A stretch of 64,000 nucleotides of DNA, from NCBI GenBank assembly GCA_951406725.2, contig OX597818.1:92938001-93002000 (forward strand), written 5' to 3'. Under the pieces are notes generated by a model. The model did not search any database. It saw only the letters and a program-made list of their open reading frames with translations, and had not been told where the DNA came from. Positions 11,892 through 24,770 of the stretch are shown piece by piece. The position numbers and the translations under genes are program-made. The stretch is from Octopus vulgaris. Its lineage: Eukaryota. Positions within the stretch are counted from its first letter, which is position 1. Every line of letters starts with the position of its first letter.

Positions 11892-13140
11892 TATTGTCTG
11901 TAGAAGAAATCCACTCCATAGACATTAAAACCCACAAGATTCTAACATCAACTGCAAATCTCCATTGAAATAGTGATATCGACAGGCTCTGCCTAAGAAG
12001 TGTTAAAGGAGCTAGAGGTTTATCAGTGCAAACAGCCTTCGAATGTCGTACAGTCTCTCAGACAGCACATGCTTAACAACTGCAGCAAAAATTAATAAAT
12101 AAACTTAGTGCTAAAAAGCGAAGTAAACAATATCTTACGAATGAAGTGATCTCCTAAGGATGCACTTTCTTCCTGATGACATCCTGTACAACTCCAAATC
12201 TTCAAAGAAGATCTGGAGTTGAAAGGTTCAGCATACTAAAAGAAGGACCATGCGTGGGTATGTTTTCCGAAGACTTGAAGAAGATAGTAACATTGACATA
12301 AAGCGAAGCCTCTCTTGGTCTTGTGACCGCTGCATCACATCACACTTCGAAGACTTTGCATTTATAATCCAAGAACAGGAGATTGCTACTTGCCTAATCA
12401 ACAAAAGAGAGAGTGAAAACCTTGGAGTTAAAAGATGCAACTGTAAATGTAGATTATGTCATATTTTTGTGGAAGACATCACACGTAATTAGCAGCTGCC
12501 CAAAAATGTCATCAAGGTACTACCTCCTACTGCGACATAACATTGTCGCAAAAACACTGTACATTACCATTCGAGAAAAGTACTGCCCTGGAATGAATTT
12601 AGAAAATTCCCCTGTTACTGAATATGTGCACAAATATTAGCACAAGGAATACTGGTGGAGCATTCGCATCAAAACTTCTGTCAACTGTAAGCATAACCTG
12701 CCGGATATTGTTGTTTGGGACAGACAAGACATGTTATGTACCATCATAAAGTCAGCTGTCCTGATGATGTGAATATTTCTTTGAAAATCAGAGAGAAAAG
12801 AAGATAACTATGGACAACTGCTTTAAAATCTCCAGCTTCTATATCCAGATTACAAATTTACATTTAAACCAATGATAATTGGAGCACTTCGTTTTGTAAG
12901 TAAATTCTTAACTGGCAGTGGATAAGCTTGGATTATCAGAAAAAGAAATCAACCAACTGTTTTTTTCTTATTACAAATACAATCTGTAAGTGGAACAATG
13001 AAACCATGCAAGACTTTTCTCAGGTTTAAACTGTGACATTGTTTTCGTTATTTACATTCCAATGATGGAGCTTTGTATCTTTGTTAGAAACCAGCTCCTT
13101 CTTCAGAGGAAGCGTTTAAATGTTTAAAAATAGAATAGAA
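11892..13140 (+). mobile_element. Degenerate 5'-truncated R4/Dong-like non-LTR retrotransposon (zinc knuckle and REL endonuclease)
   Basis: Fragments NSDIDRL..GARGL, QEQEIAT, CRLC..EDI..SCPK..RHN.VAK, HNLPDIVVWD and P.IIGAL; candidate TSD ACATACATGCATGCA at 11877-11891 and 13141-13155. Confidence 0.8.
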
Positions 13141-14015
13141 ACATACATGCATGCAAACATACCTACCTACATACATACATACATAACATTTTAATAAACA
13201 TGTCATTTTCCTATATACATCTCAACCACCACTTTCTAACTACCCACAACTGATCTTCATTATATCATGATACAACGATTATTTTAGATACTTGTTAATC
13301 TATATTCCTCATTTCCGTTTTGTCACAAAGTTCAGCAGGATACTGAATAGAGATTATATATAAAAGGTTACATCAACATTGTAATATAATATTTCCATCT
13401 ACCTACTTATTCAGATGAAACCGTCCACCCACCCCTCTTTATATTTTATTTTCATTATCTTTGTTAGAAGTTTCTCTTTATCCAGTACCCACTGGACATC
13501 TTTCTGCCTTATTACTGCAATAACTAGCATTGACATATCACATGGTAAATATTCCATAAAAGTTTTAAGATAAAATTCTTTGTACACTTTTCATGATTAT
13601 ACTGATATATACAGATATAAATATAGAACTTGAATGAAATTAATGTAAAATCAGAGATGAATAACTGTGTGGAAGTAAGTGAGCTGCAAAAATCAGTACT
13701 CGGTATCTCTTAATTATCAATATTCACAGCTGAAGTCAAACTACATTAAAAGTCGATGGGTTTTCATAAGTGTATGTGTAAATATTTCATAACTGTTTAA
13801 ACGTTACCTTAATGATGTAAAGTAAGTACTTACACACACACACACACACACAATATACATACATACATTTATATCATGTAACAAATTAAAAGGGTGGCTA
13901 ATTAGCAATTAGTACCTAAAGGCAAAATTAATAGAGGTCACAAAAGTGGCGAGGTGTGCTGACTAGCACCACTTATGCTAAAATAACAGTTAACTGACCT
14001 CTGTTCATTTTTATC

Positions 14016-14021
14016 TATATC

Positions 14022-14063
<42 letters not shown>

Positions 14064-14225
14064 TCACACACATACATATATACACACACACACACACACT
14101 CACACATATATACACATACACACACACACACATATATACACACACACACACACATATATACACACACACACATATATATATATACACACACATACACACA
14201 CACACATATATACACACACACATAT

Positions 14226-14256
<31 letters not shown>

Positions 14257-14263
14257 CATATAT

Positions 14264-14316
<53 letters not shown>

Positions 14317-14360
14317 TACATATATATTTAAATCATATATGTGTGTGTCTGTGTGTGTGT
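14016..14360. repeat. (TA)n/(CA)n compound microsatellite
   Basis: Seen directly. Confidence 0.9.
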
Positions 14361-14617
14361 ATAATCCAAATAATAAGACAAAGAAAATTCTTTAATACAT
14401 CTTTAATGATTTGTTACAAATGCTTCTGGACAAACTCTACTTGCAACGCCAGATTACACAAAAATTTGAAGTGAAAATTTACTTAGTGTTTGCAGTTTTA
14501 GATATTAGAGAGGCACTTCAGCAGACTTGCATCAAAGGTGTGCTGTCACATTGTGTAACAAATCATTAAAGATATGTAACAGAATTTTCTTTTTCTTCTT
14601 CCAATTATTTGGATTAT
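14361..14617. repeat. Imperfect inverted repeat of about 60 bp (MITE or inverted retroelement end)
   Basis: ATAATCCAAATAAT..AAGAAAATTC..ATCTTTAATGATTTGTTACA versus TGTAACAAATCATTAAAGAT..GAATTTTCTT..ATTATTTGGATTAT. Confidence 0.65.
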
Positions 14618-16346
14618 TTACTCTTCGCCAAAATCACTTTATGGTGTGATCAACGTGAAACTTGGATTTTCTACACTTGAAGAATTCCGGCATTAGCCTG
14701 GAACCTGGGAGTGTTGATAGCCAAGTATTTGGGTTGAGTGATTCTCCGGAAACACACTTACTTTACACCCGACCAGGACCTAAAATACAAACACACACAC
14801 ACACATGTATGGATATAAATAGCATTTAATTAAATAAGTATTTGTATGTATGTATGCATATATATATCCTATATGTGTGCATATATGTATATACGTGTGT
14901 TGTGTGTGTATAATTATATATACATATATGTGTGTGTGTGTATTTCGTTTTGGGATTTGGTTTGCAAAATTCTTTATGTGAGTTCGTATGTTGAAGCATA
15001 TTCTGTTGTGTCTGGGGAAAATCATTCTCTTTCATTATCTTTGTTAGAAGTTTCTCTTTATCCAGTACCTACTGGACATCAGCTGCGACAAAAATATGAA
15101 CTGAACATTATTCGGTTATTGTTCAGTTTAGGGATACTTAAAAAGTGAAAAAAAAAAAGTAAATAAAAGGAAGAGATAACTAGTAAAGGGACATATATAG
15201 GGACCGCAATTCATTGTTCCTGAAACTGAAATCATCAGCCGTGAATCAATCTTGGAATACCACCCGATTAGCCAAATTACAAGTTTTTCAGTGGTTGGCA
15301 CCGCGTCGACTAATTAAGTTGACTTGTTTATGTCCCTTTACCTCCCCATTAATTTTTATTTACTTTCTTAATATCCCTAAACTGAACAATTACCCATTAT
15401 TCTTTTCATTTAATTTTTTTGTATTAAAAAAATTATTTATCTCTTTGTAATTATTTTACCACTAATATGTAATATATATATATATATATACACACACACG
15501 CACACAAAAAAGGTATATATACAGATTATATATTTTTTATGTATATATTCACACATATTTTTCTGTTAAATTCACATGTGGTTTTCTATTCAAATAAAAG
15601 AAATGTATATATCTGGCTGTTTTATCATGTTATATATAACAAAATGGACTCACTTATCATTTAATGGAAATGTCGTAAACATTGTAGTATTTTGCTATTT
15701 AATATTGTTTTGTTTCAGTGATGAGAGTGTGGATTCTTTAGAAAGTTTCGAAGATTTAGGAGAAAATTGTTTCATTAGTGAATATTTACTCTCCAAATAT
15801 TCACTATAGGATCTTCACATAGTGTAGTATCTCCACATAGGTATTGAAATCCCTTGTACGATCGTATACATATAATACATACATACATACAAATGGATGG
15901 AGAGAGAGAGAGAGAGAGAGATAGATAGACTGCAGTGAACTTGCCGAAAGAAATGGAATGTCCAACTTGTCAGACAGATTTTCTTCTAGGAAAAGTTGAA
16001 AGAACAGAAATTAATGAGACACACCAGAGTTGTGTCTCATTAACTAAGCATGGCATGGCACTTTGTCCAATGCACTATAAATGCAGTCATCCATCATCCT
16101 TTTAAGGTGAATTATAAAATAGAAAGCTCAGCTTTAAACGGTCCATTGCTAAAATGTGACTTGACCAGAGGTCAATTGTAAACAATGGCCTGGATAACTG
16201 ACTATTTATCCTAAAAGTCATAAGCAAAAATTCTCAGATCTAGGGAAGAGAATATTAAACAAAATTTTGTCTCAGCCAAGATGAGGAATATAAGTCTCTG
16301 GAGGATTAAAAAATAGTTAGACAAGGCTTTTTGTGTAGACATGGAT

Positions 16347-16720
16347 AGGTGCAGGCGTAGCTGTGTGATTAAGGGGTTTGATTTCCAACCATGTGGTTTT
16401 AGGTTCAGTCCCACTGTGCAGCACCTTGAGCAAGTATCTTCAAATATAGGCCCAGTCCAACCCAAGGCTTGTGAGTGGTTTTGCTAGATGGAAATTGAGC
16501 AGAAGCCCGTCATTTATATATGTACATGTGTGTGCATGTCCACCACCACCTCTAGACAACTAACATTGGTTTGCTTATATCCTAATGGTTTAGCAAAAGA
16601 AAGCAAAAGAGTAAGTATCAGCCTTAAAGTTAATATTGGAGTAGATTTGTTTTATTAAACTCTTTTAGGCAGTATCCCAGCATGGTGACGATGCAAAGAC
16701 TGAAACAAGTTAAAGAAAAA
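16347..16720 (+). mobile_element. SINE family A (diverged)
   Basis: Same head, core and tail as the other family A copies. Confidence 0.8.
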
Positions 16721-16758
16721 AGACAATGTAAATTAGAGAATGATAGCGTTGTGTTGTA

Positions 16759-17006
16759 TTAGGTTGTTGCATAATTATTGCGGCTTTTTTTCAACAAATT
16801 TTATTCAACAAAGACAATAACATGTAACAAAAACATTTTTAAATGATAATTCCAGAGCATATTCACCATCTACTTCAATTACTGCTTCCCATCTGCTTGG
16901 CAGACGGTCAGACTGTCATTTAAAGATGGTTTTGTTAAATATTGTTATTGTTTTTGTTGAATAAAATTTGTTGAAAAAAAGCTGCAATAATTATGCACCA
17001 ACCCTA
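16759..17006. mobile_element. Mariner-derived MITE with inverted repeats of about 90 bp and TA TSD
   Basis: TA|TTAGGTTGTTGCATAATTATTGCGGC...GCTGCAATAATTATGCACCAACCCTA|TA; interior reads DRLPSRWEAVIEVDGEY on minus (mariner C-terminus). Confidence 0.9.
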
Positions 17007-17247
17007 TACCTGTGACCTCTCATCTCAGCATAGAAAAATTGACATTAAAACAATATCTATGTAAATTCTTGTTGGTGTTGTTTTCAGGGGTTTTTTTTTG
17101 GGGGGGGGGGGGTTAGCTGGTAGATAGATCTAAGAGTGGTACAGAATAGAGGTGAATTAACTAAGGTGAAATAGTTACAGCATACTGAGTGGAAAATTAA
17201 TCTGATGCGCAAAGTCACGGTGGAAATTAGCCTGTTTCAAGACAATC

Positions 17248-17560
17248 GCATAATTACAAGAATACCAATCTTTTGAAATATTTACCACCACTTAAATATG
17301 GCTGTTCCTTAGCAACTGACGCTACAGCTATTTTTAATCCCAGGAAGACGCTTCCTCCAGCTGGTTATTCGATGCAATCTGCACCTGATACACAGTATAT
17401 TGAACTCCTACTATCTTCTAACCAAGAGACCACCAGAGCATCCGGTTTCGATCTCTTTGCGGTCATCCTTAGTGGTGGATACTTGCTCTCTAGACATAGC
17501 AGCAGTCCACTCCAGCTCGCAATATATAGAAAACCAAGTGACACACAGTAAGTGATCTTG
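17248..17560 (-). mobile_element. Penelope-pLTR/retrozyme-like repeat with a degenerate hammerhead
   Basis: Shares ordered motifs with 48896-49250 (GCATAATTA, ATGGCT, CCCA.G..CTC.AGCTGG); minus strand has CUAAGGA..GAAA-CCGG at 17430-17475. Boundaries approximate. Confidence 0.5.
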
Positions 17561-17744
17561 CAATAAGCAATATAACTAGTTAGAAAATCTCTAAAAAATG
17601 AGAGCAGTAACTATACTGGAAAGTAATGTTAATCGCCACAAGGAACCAACATTACATATAAAAAAAAAATAGCAGCAATGACGGTTCGTATGGAACAGCC
17701 ATATTTGAGTGGCGATAAACATTACTACTCAGTATAGCTACTGC

Positions 17745-17963
17745 TCTCATCTCTTATTCTATTCTTTTACTTGTTTCAGTCATTTGACTGCGGCCATACT
17801 GGAGCAATGCCTTTATTCAAACAAATCAACCCCAGAACTTATTCTTTGTAAGCTTAGTTCTTATTCTATCGGTCTCTTTTGCCGAACCGCTAAATTACGG
17901 GGATGTAAACACACCAGCATCGTTTGTCAAGCGATGGTGGGGCGGACAAACACAGACACACAA

Positions 17964-18008
<45 letters not shown>

Positions 18009-18183
18009 CATACACACACACGATGCACTTCTTTCAGTTTCCGTCTACCAAATCCACTCACAAGGCTTTGGTCAGCTCGAGGCTATAGTAGAAGACACTT
18101 GCCTAAGGTGCCACACAGTGTGACTGAACCCGGAACCATGTGGTTGAGAAGCAAGCTTTTTACCACACAGCCACTCCTACGCC
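17745..18183 (-). mobile_element. SINE family A, full length
   Basis: Reverse complement of head, core, central microsatellite and tail. Confidence 0.9.
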
Positions 18184-18639
18184 TATTATCCTATTATAGA
18201 GATTTTCTAACTAGCTAATTTTGCTAGTTACCTCCCTTTCTGGAAAATATAGTCATCCAAAACTTTGATAGAAACAAAGCATCATCTTGTTTCTTCGTTG
18301 TCATCATTTTAATGTCTGTTTCCATATACTTGTATGAGTTAGATGAGTGTTGGAGCAGAATTTTCTATGTCTGCATGTCCTGCCTGTTGTTAACCTCCAT
18401 TTATTTTCAAGTGAAGTAATATTCTCCTGGCCTGACTTATTTTCATGTGGATGACTGAAAATGTGACATTGTATGAATGAACCTCTTGTTTATAAAGGTT
18501 GTGCAATATATCAAGGCATGTCAAGAGCCCTGGACATGCTTTCATCATGGATTACTATCAAACAATACCAGCAAATGTGAGGGAAATACATACACACACA
18601 CATACACTCCATTGATTACTGCTTGGTCTGGGGATCATA

Positions 18640-19200
18640 ATGATGAAGCCAATTTTCATCCATGGTAACTAAAGGAGCCATAAAGTCAGCCTCTCCCATT
18701 GCAAAATTGGTCCAAAATATCCTTTGATGAGCTTCTTACATGCATTCAGACATTCAGACATTTCGACACCTTTTTTGTGGAAAACTTTCTCATGTCCAGA
18801 ATGTTGTGGCCAACTCTTTCACAGGAAATCCCCAGAGTCTCGGCTATGGCTTTAGTTGAAATCTGATGGTCCTCTGGTGAGAAAAGTTGGCCATCATGAC
18901 TGGGGTTCATCTGTGACCCCAAAATGACTAGTCCAAAACCTTAACACCTAGATTTTCACTATCGAGTAAGATGGTCAGATATCCTTCCTGACTTCCTTCA
19001 TCTCACCATAGATTTCTTCCACTCCTTTGCCTTACAAAAAGAGGAGCTACGTGACTGCTTGTGCTTCAATTTTATCAAAATCCACTGTAGGAGCTGCCAT
19101 CATGCACTAAATCTTCAAAAAAATATATATTGTACACCATGTATTTTTGCATATCTTCTAGATAGTTGCCCTACTTTCTCTGTAATAGTAACAGCTCTAC
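18640..19200 (-). mobile_element. Old mariner transposase remnant
   Basis: Minus translation EDHQISTKAIAETLGISCERV..LDMRKV resembles the mariner second HTH. Confidence 0.55.
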
Positions 19201-20274
19201 CTTTTTGCAACACCCTTAAAACCATGAACTTTTCAGTACCCACTCCTATATAGACATACATATGTATAAGCAAACCATTTCTTTCAGTTTCCATCTAACA
19301 AATTCACCTGCAAGGTTTTGGTTTGCTCAAGGCTATAGTAGGAGGGACATGCCCAAGGTGCCATGTAGTGGTACCTTGGTGCAAGTGTCTTGAACTAAAT
19401 CACATGGATAGGAAGTGAACTTCTTAATCACACAGTCATGTTTGCACCTATATATAACAAAATAAAAAGAAAAGATAAAACAAAAAAGATAAAACTAATA
19501 TGAAACATTTTATTTTTTGTTCATCAAAATATTTCATTCAAAATCTGGACTGGAAGATTTTGCTGATAATTTTAGACTAAATGTAGAGATATATGATCAT
19601 ATATCATTAACAAACAGATCCAATATTGAATCTAAACAGCCAACATCTGAAGACAAATTGAAATAAGAATATTGTATCCGATAATAATCCATCTTAGAAT
19701 ATTTGACAACACAAAATAGAGGGCAAAATATTAAGAAGACAGGACTGAGAGGAACAGTTCAGAATGGGATAACAAAAGTAAGGAACAAGTGGAAGACATA
19801 AGTTTGCCTTTCTGGAGGGAAGAATTTAAATGCTAAAAGTGATAGCTTAGTTTGATATAACTGTAAATTTGTACCTACCTAGCAGCATTTGTTCATACAT
19901 GATAAGCAATACTACAGGCACTGCTGGTATTTCCATCAACAATCACAGCTATACTACAACTAGCAGTGTGTATATGTTGTGTAAATTTCACATATTTTCA
20001 TACTATCATTGAAACTTGTGAAATTTAGGAAAAATAATTATACCACAATTATACACCCTGCTTCACCATATATACTACATCATTATTATATCTTATACAT
20101 TGTTTCACTAACCTACTACATTATATTACTAAGTACACCCTACCCTTTTTCACTACCCACATTACATTACTGTATTATGGTATTCAGTACACACCATTTC
20201 TCTATCCACACTACTGTTATAACATTCAGGGTACACAATTTCACAACCTACATTACTGTATTATAAAGTTCAGG

Positions 20275-20714
20275 ATGGCTGAATTTATTTAAGGGTCAAT
20301 ATGGGCCATAGCCCAAGGGTCCCCAAGCTTAGGAAGCCTCATGTATTGGAGGCCTCTTAGAGAAACCTAAAGCTTGGAGTTAAAAATTATTAAATATAAT
20401 TAAAGCAATCAAATAAATAATTTGTAATTTTTTTTTTTATTCATTTAAATTTTTTTTAATCCAGTAGAGTTCTTTTAAAATTATTGAGCCTCCATTTGAT
20501 TTATTGGGCCCTTTTAGGTTTAAAAAGCCATTAAATTTAACCGAATCTCTCTGAACCTTTTACAGGGCCCTTTTAAGTTTTGCAGCCTCTTGAAACTGTT
20601 TGAGGCCCCTACATTTAATGGAGCCTTCTTTAATATTTTTAGAATTAGCAAAACTGTAGGGCCCCACCAAAACCAAATGGCCCAGAGGCCTGGCAAGGAC
20701 TAAATCCAGCACTG
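20275..20714. mobile_element. hAT-type MITE inside a degenerate minisatellite
   Basis: Ends ..GCTGAATTTA / TAAATCCAGCACTG; flanks AGTTCAGG and AGTTCAGT (8-bp TSD, 7/8 match). Confidence 0.7.
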
Positions 20715-21339
20715 AGTTCAGTCTATATGATTTCACAACCTACACTACTACGTTTTAATATTCCACATACAGTATTTCATAACCCACATCACAGTATTAT
20801 AAAGTTTGCTGTGCCCAGTTTCAATGCCCTCAATTTATAAAGGTTTAAATAATGACATAACAATGCTACATAGCAGAAAATTAATATGAAGTACACTATG
20901 AAGCTAGTTAAAACAGATCTCCATATCAGGGTGAATATGAGTCCAGTGGTGAGAATGGCAAGAGTCAGTAGCAAGGTTTCATCAACCAGTCTGTAGACTG
21001 CATACAAGCAATGTCACTTCATTGAAGACTTGGTCTTTGGATTTGCTTACATCACATAACTAGGAAATAATAATGCCTGTTAATTTCCTTCCAAGTACTT
21101 CTTTAACTGTAATTAGGCCTGCTAAATTTTTTTTTGAGAGGGGAGGGGCTAGGTATTCAAATGTCAGAATACGAAGACACTGCAAATGAGAGAATTTGTT
21201 TCCACCACACCCATATAATATTTTTCAAAACAATTTCCACTGCTCACCTTCACAAAATCTTCTTGCAACTCAAAGATAGTAATAAAGTATTTAAAGGCAG
21301 CAAGTTCTTTTGTTTTTGTTTATTTTAAAATGTATTAAA

Positions 21340-22950
21340 AAGACCAAGGCCAAAAATTTGTTGGGCAGGAAACAATCAAATAAATCACCCACACCACGAC
21401 TTGAGTGATGTTTTATTTTATTGACCAAAGTTGAACTTGATAGGATTTGAAATCAGGACAAACACTACAAGACATTTTGTCTGATGCTCTAACGATTCTG
21501 CCAAACCAGAAACAAAAGCACAAATTTGCAATGAAAGAGTATATTCAAATGAACTGGCCACAGCATATGACTGGTACTCCCAAAATGTACGAAAGGAAAA
21601 TTCAACCCTGAATGATGGTAATGCCACAAGGCCACTATTTAGAGAAGTTAAATTGAACCCAGTATTTAACCCATATATACCCCTAGTTGTGTTTTCCCAA
21701 CGCAAAACCTGCTCCTACTTGTTTGGATATGAAATTGTCGGGAAGCATCTGACTGAGCACACAAAATGTTCAGTAGGTAGTCAACATCCATAGCTAACAG
21801 TTGTATACTGTCCTTCTCTTCCAGATTGTGAAAGCTTACCATAAACATTTAATCTAAATACAGTGAAATTTTTGTATGGGCATATATGGGTTAACCAGAG
21901 CTGTATTTTTTATCAATTCCAAAAGGATGAAAGGCAAAGACAACTTTGGATGGATTTGAACTCAGAACATAAAATATAATTTACAAGGCATTTTGATAAA
22001 TACTAACTTGTCTGACAATCCATCACCTTAAGGGTGGTGATGATGACAATAATAATAATAATAATAGTTTCAAATTTTGGCACAAGGCCAGTAATTTCAA
22101 GGGTGGGTGTAAGTCGATTACATCATACCCAATGCTCAACTGGTACTTAGAACCCGAAAGGGTGAAAGGCAAAGTCAACCTCAGTGGAATCTGAAATCAG
22201 AACAAAGACAAACGAAATGCCACTAAGCATTTTGCCTGATGCAGTAACAATTCTGCCACTCATCACCTTACTAGTAACAATAATGGTTTCATATTTTAGC
22301 ACAAAGCCAGCAATTTCTGGGTAGGGGTAAAGCCAATTACATCAACCCCAATGCTCAACTGGTATTTATTTTATCAAACCATAAAGATGAAAGGTAAAGT
22401 CAACCTACACAGGATTTGAACTCAAAATGTAAAGAGTTAGAACAAATAGCACAAGGCATTTCATTCTGACTCTACATTCTAAGTAAAACAGTTACTTTTG
22501 ACTAAGCCGAAGGCCAAATTTTGTAGGGTAGGATACAATCAATTGAAAAGACTTTGTAGGCATCAGCTGTCCTCATTATAATAATAATGATAATAATAAT
22601 AATAATAATTTCAAATTTTGGCACAAGGCCAGCAAGTTTGAGGAAAGTCAATAACATCAACCTCAGTACTTGACTGGTACTTTATTTGGTGGGATATGAA
22701 CTCAGACAAAGAGTTTGAAGAAATGCTGAATGCTGATAAACATAATAATAATAATAATAATAATTCTTTCTAAATTTTATACTAAGCCAGCAATTCTGTG
22801 GAGAAGGGCAAGTCAATAATATTAACCCCAGGATGAAGGATGATAGCCAAAGTTGACCTTGAAATTTGAACTCAGAAAATAAAAGGCCAGAAGAACTACC
22901 ACTAAGCATTTTGTCTGGTACGCTAAAAATTCTGCCAAATCAAAGCCTTA
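21340..22950 (-). mobile_element. Cluster of about 6-7 SINE family B (Nin/Deu-domain-like) copies separated by (TAA)n
   Basis: Repeated reverse complement of GGCGAGCTGGCAGAA..GAGTTCAAAT..GCCTTTCATCCTTTC.GGGT.GATAAA.TAAGTACCAG. Confidence 0.8.
21670..21890. mobile_element. TTAA-flanked (piggyBac-like) MITE, family 1
   Basis: TTAA|CCCATATAT...ATATATGGG|TTAA; inverted copy at 40211-40430. Confidence 0.85.
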
Positions 22951-23235
22951 TGTAGTAGCAGTAGAAGTAGTAGTAGTAGTAGTAGTAATCTATCTAAGCA
23001 CAAGGTAAATTTGTGGAGGGGAAGGGCAATATATAACTAATGATAATAATTATAATTATTATCATCATAATAATTACTGACAACACTGAAGGTTACCAGA
23101 TGACAATATTTAAAAAGAAAGCCAGAAGCCTGGTTTGTTAAGTTTTAATCTCTCTGAGAGAATCAGTAAATGTTTCCTAGACAGCAGTCAGGTTAAACCT
23201 GTCAATATTTCACAGTGTTTTCTGAACATCATTTT

Positions 23236-23426
23236 TCACTTAGGTGATGCAGTCCTTAATGTAGACTCTGCAGCTACATTGCTCACTGCTGAGGGTTTGC
23301 AAAACTGATTCAGCTGGATCAACCAGCAGTGACATTCCTCTCGACAGCAGGCCAGTAGAGTAAGGCGTCGTCCCTTCTTATCCTTCATGTATAGTTGATG
23401 GCGTTTAGATTCACTGAGGTCATCAT
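23236..23426 (-). CDS. PLEK: Pleckstrin-like gene, last coding exon (end of C-terminal PH domain)
   Basis: Acceptor ttttatag, phase 1; DDDLSESKRHQLYMKDKKGRRLTLLACCREECHCWLIQL includes the PH terminal-helix Trp; TGA at 23236-23238. Confidence 0.85.
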
Positions 23427-24770
23427 CTATAAAAGAAAAAACAAAAAAACACATATTAAACATGCAATCATAATACATCATCATCACCATCATCTTAACA
23501 CCCATTTTTCCATGCTTGTATAGACAAAATGCAATTAATTCAAGCAGACTTTTTATTGCTGGATCCTCTTCCAGTCACCAATCCTCACATATTTCCAAGC
23601 AGTTTTCTGAGTAGATTGGAGAAAAACAACTCTGCTTGTATTATGCCTATCATTTACAGTTATCACATAACGTCAAAACAACTGGACACAAACACAGTCA
23701 CACACTTGTGCACTCCTAACCACATGGTTCAGGTATTCAGCCCCACCGTGCAACAGCTTAAGCAAATATCTTCCACTATAACCCTGGGCCAGTTAAAGCT
23801 TTGTGAATGAACTGGTAGATCGAAACTGAAAGAAGTGTGATGTGATGTGGTGTGGTGTGGTGTGGTGTGGTGTGTGTCCTCATAGTTATAGATGATTGTC
23901 AGTCATACAGTCATTCATTTCCAAAGATTCTGTGAAAACATGTCTGATAATGAAGAAATATTACCTTGCTTGGAAACAGGTAAAGATTGATGCCAGAAAG
24001 GGCATCTGGCCATAGAAAATTTGCTTCAATTAACTCTGTCTGGTCCATGCAAACATGGAAAAGTGGATGTTAAAACGATGATGATATCTATGCCCACAAT
24101 GGGCTTCTTTCAGTTTCCATCCACCAAATCCATTCAAAAAGTTTTGGTTGGTCCAAAGCTACAACTGTAGACACTTGTCCAAGGTACCATGCGGTGGGAC
24201 TGAACCTTAAAACATGTAGTTGAAAAGCAATCTTCTTAACCACACATCCATGCTTGTGTGTGTTATACTACTGAATCTAAACAGGCCTGCAATGGTCAGA
24301 TATACAATCCCTCCTCTATCTCCCAGAAATACACACAGTCAAACTGTGCAACAAACTGACAGAAACATTTCAACTGCTTACAGTAGTGCACTGTACCTCT
24401 GCCTAGGAGTAGTTAGGTGAACAGAACAAGCAAGAGTTGTGTATCTTTACTCTGATTACAGCACAGCACTAGCAACAAGATACAAACCAACATCCTTTTT
24501 GTTGGTAAAGCATTACCTCATCTACTCAACCAGTATTAACTCTATACTGGAGATAGTATGGGTGCATGCACATACACAACTTGGTCTTCATCAAAATGTT
24601 CAGATATTTTAATGTGATCACTCAATGTCTTTAATATAACAGCTAAATCTTCCTGCTGTTTTTTCAGACAGGGTATCAGATGGTTTAAGTCCAGTATGCT
24701 CACAATAAAGAGGAGATAGTACTTATGTTCTAGATGTTTAATACATTCATATTAAATGTATTATTATTAT

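Noticed and set aside
14672-14715. Fourth hammerhead-like motif (UUGAAGA..GGC AUUA GCC..GAA CCUGG)
   Set aside because: GAAA and UH elements are not intact; too degenerate to call.
15719-15809. Acceptor-like site with short acidic ORF and a 12-bp hairpin (15776-15806)
   Set aside because: No recognisable homology or partner exon; the AT-rich hairpin could arise by chance.
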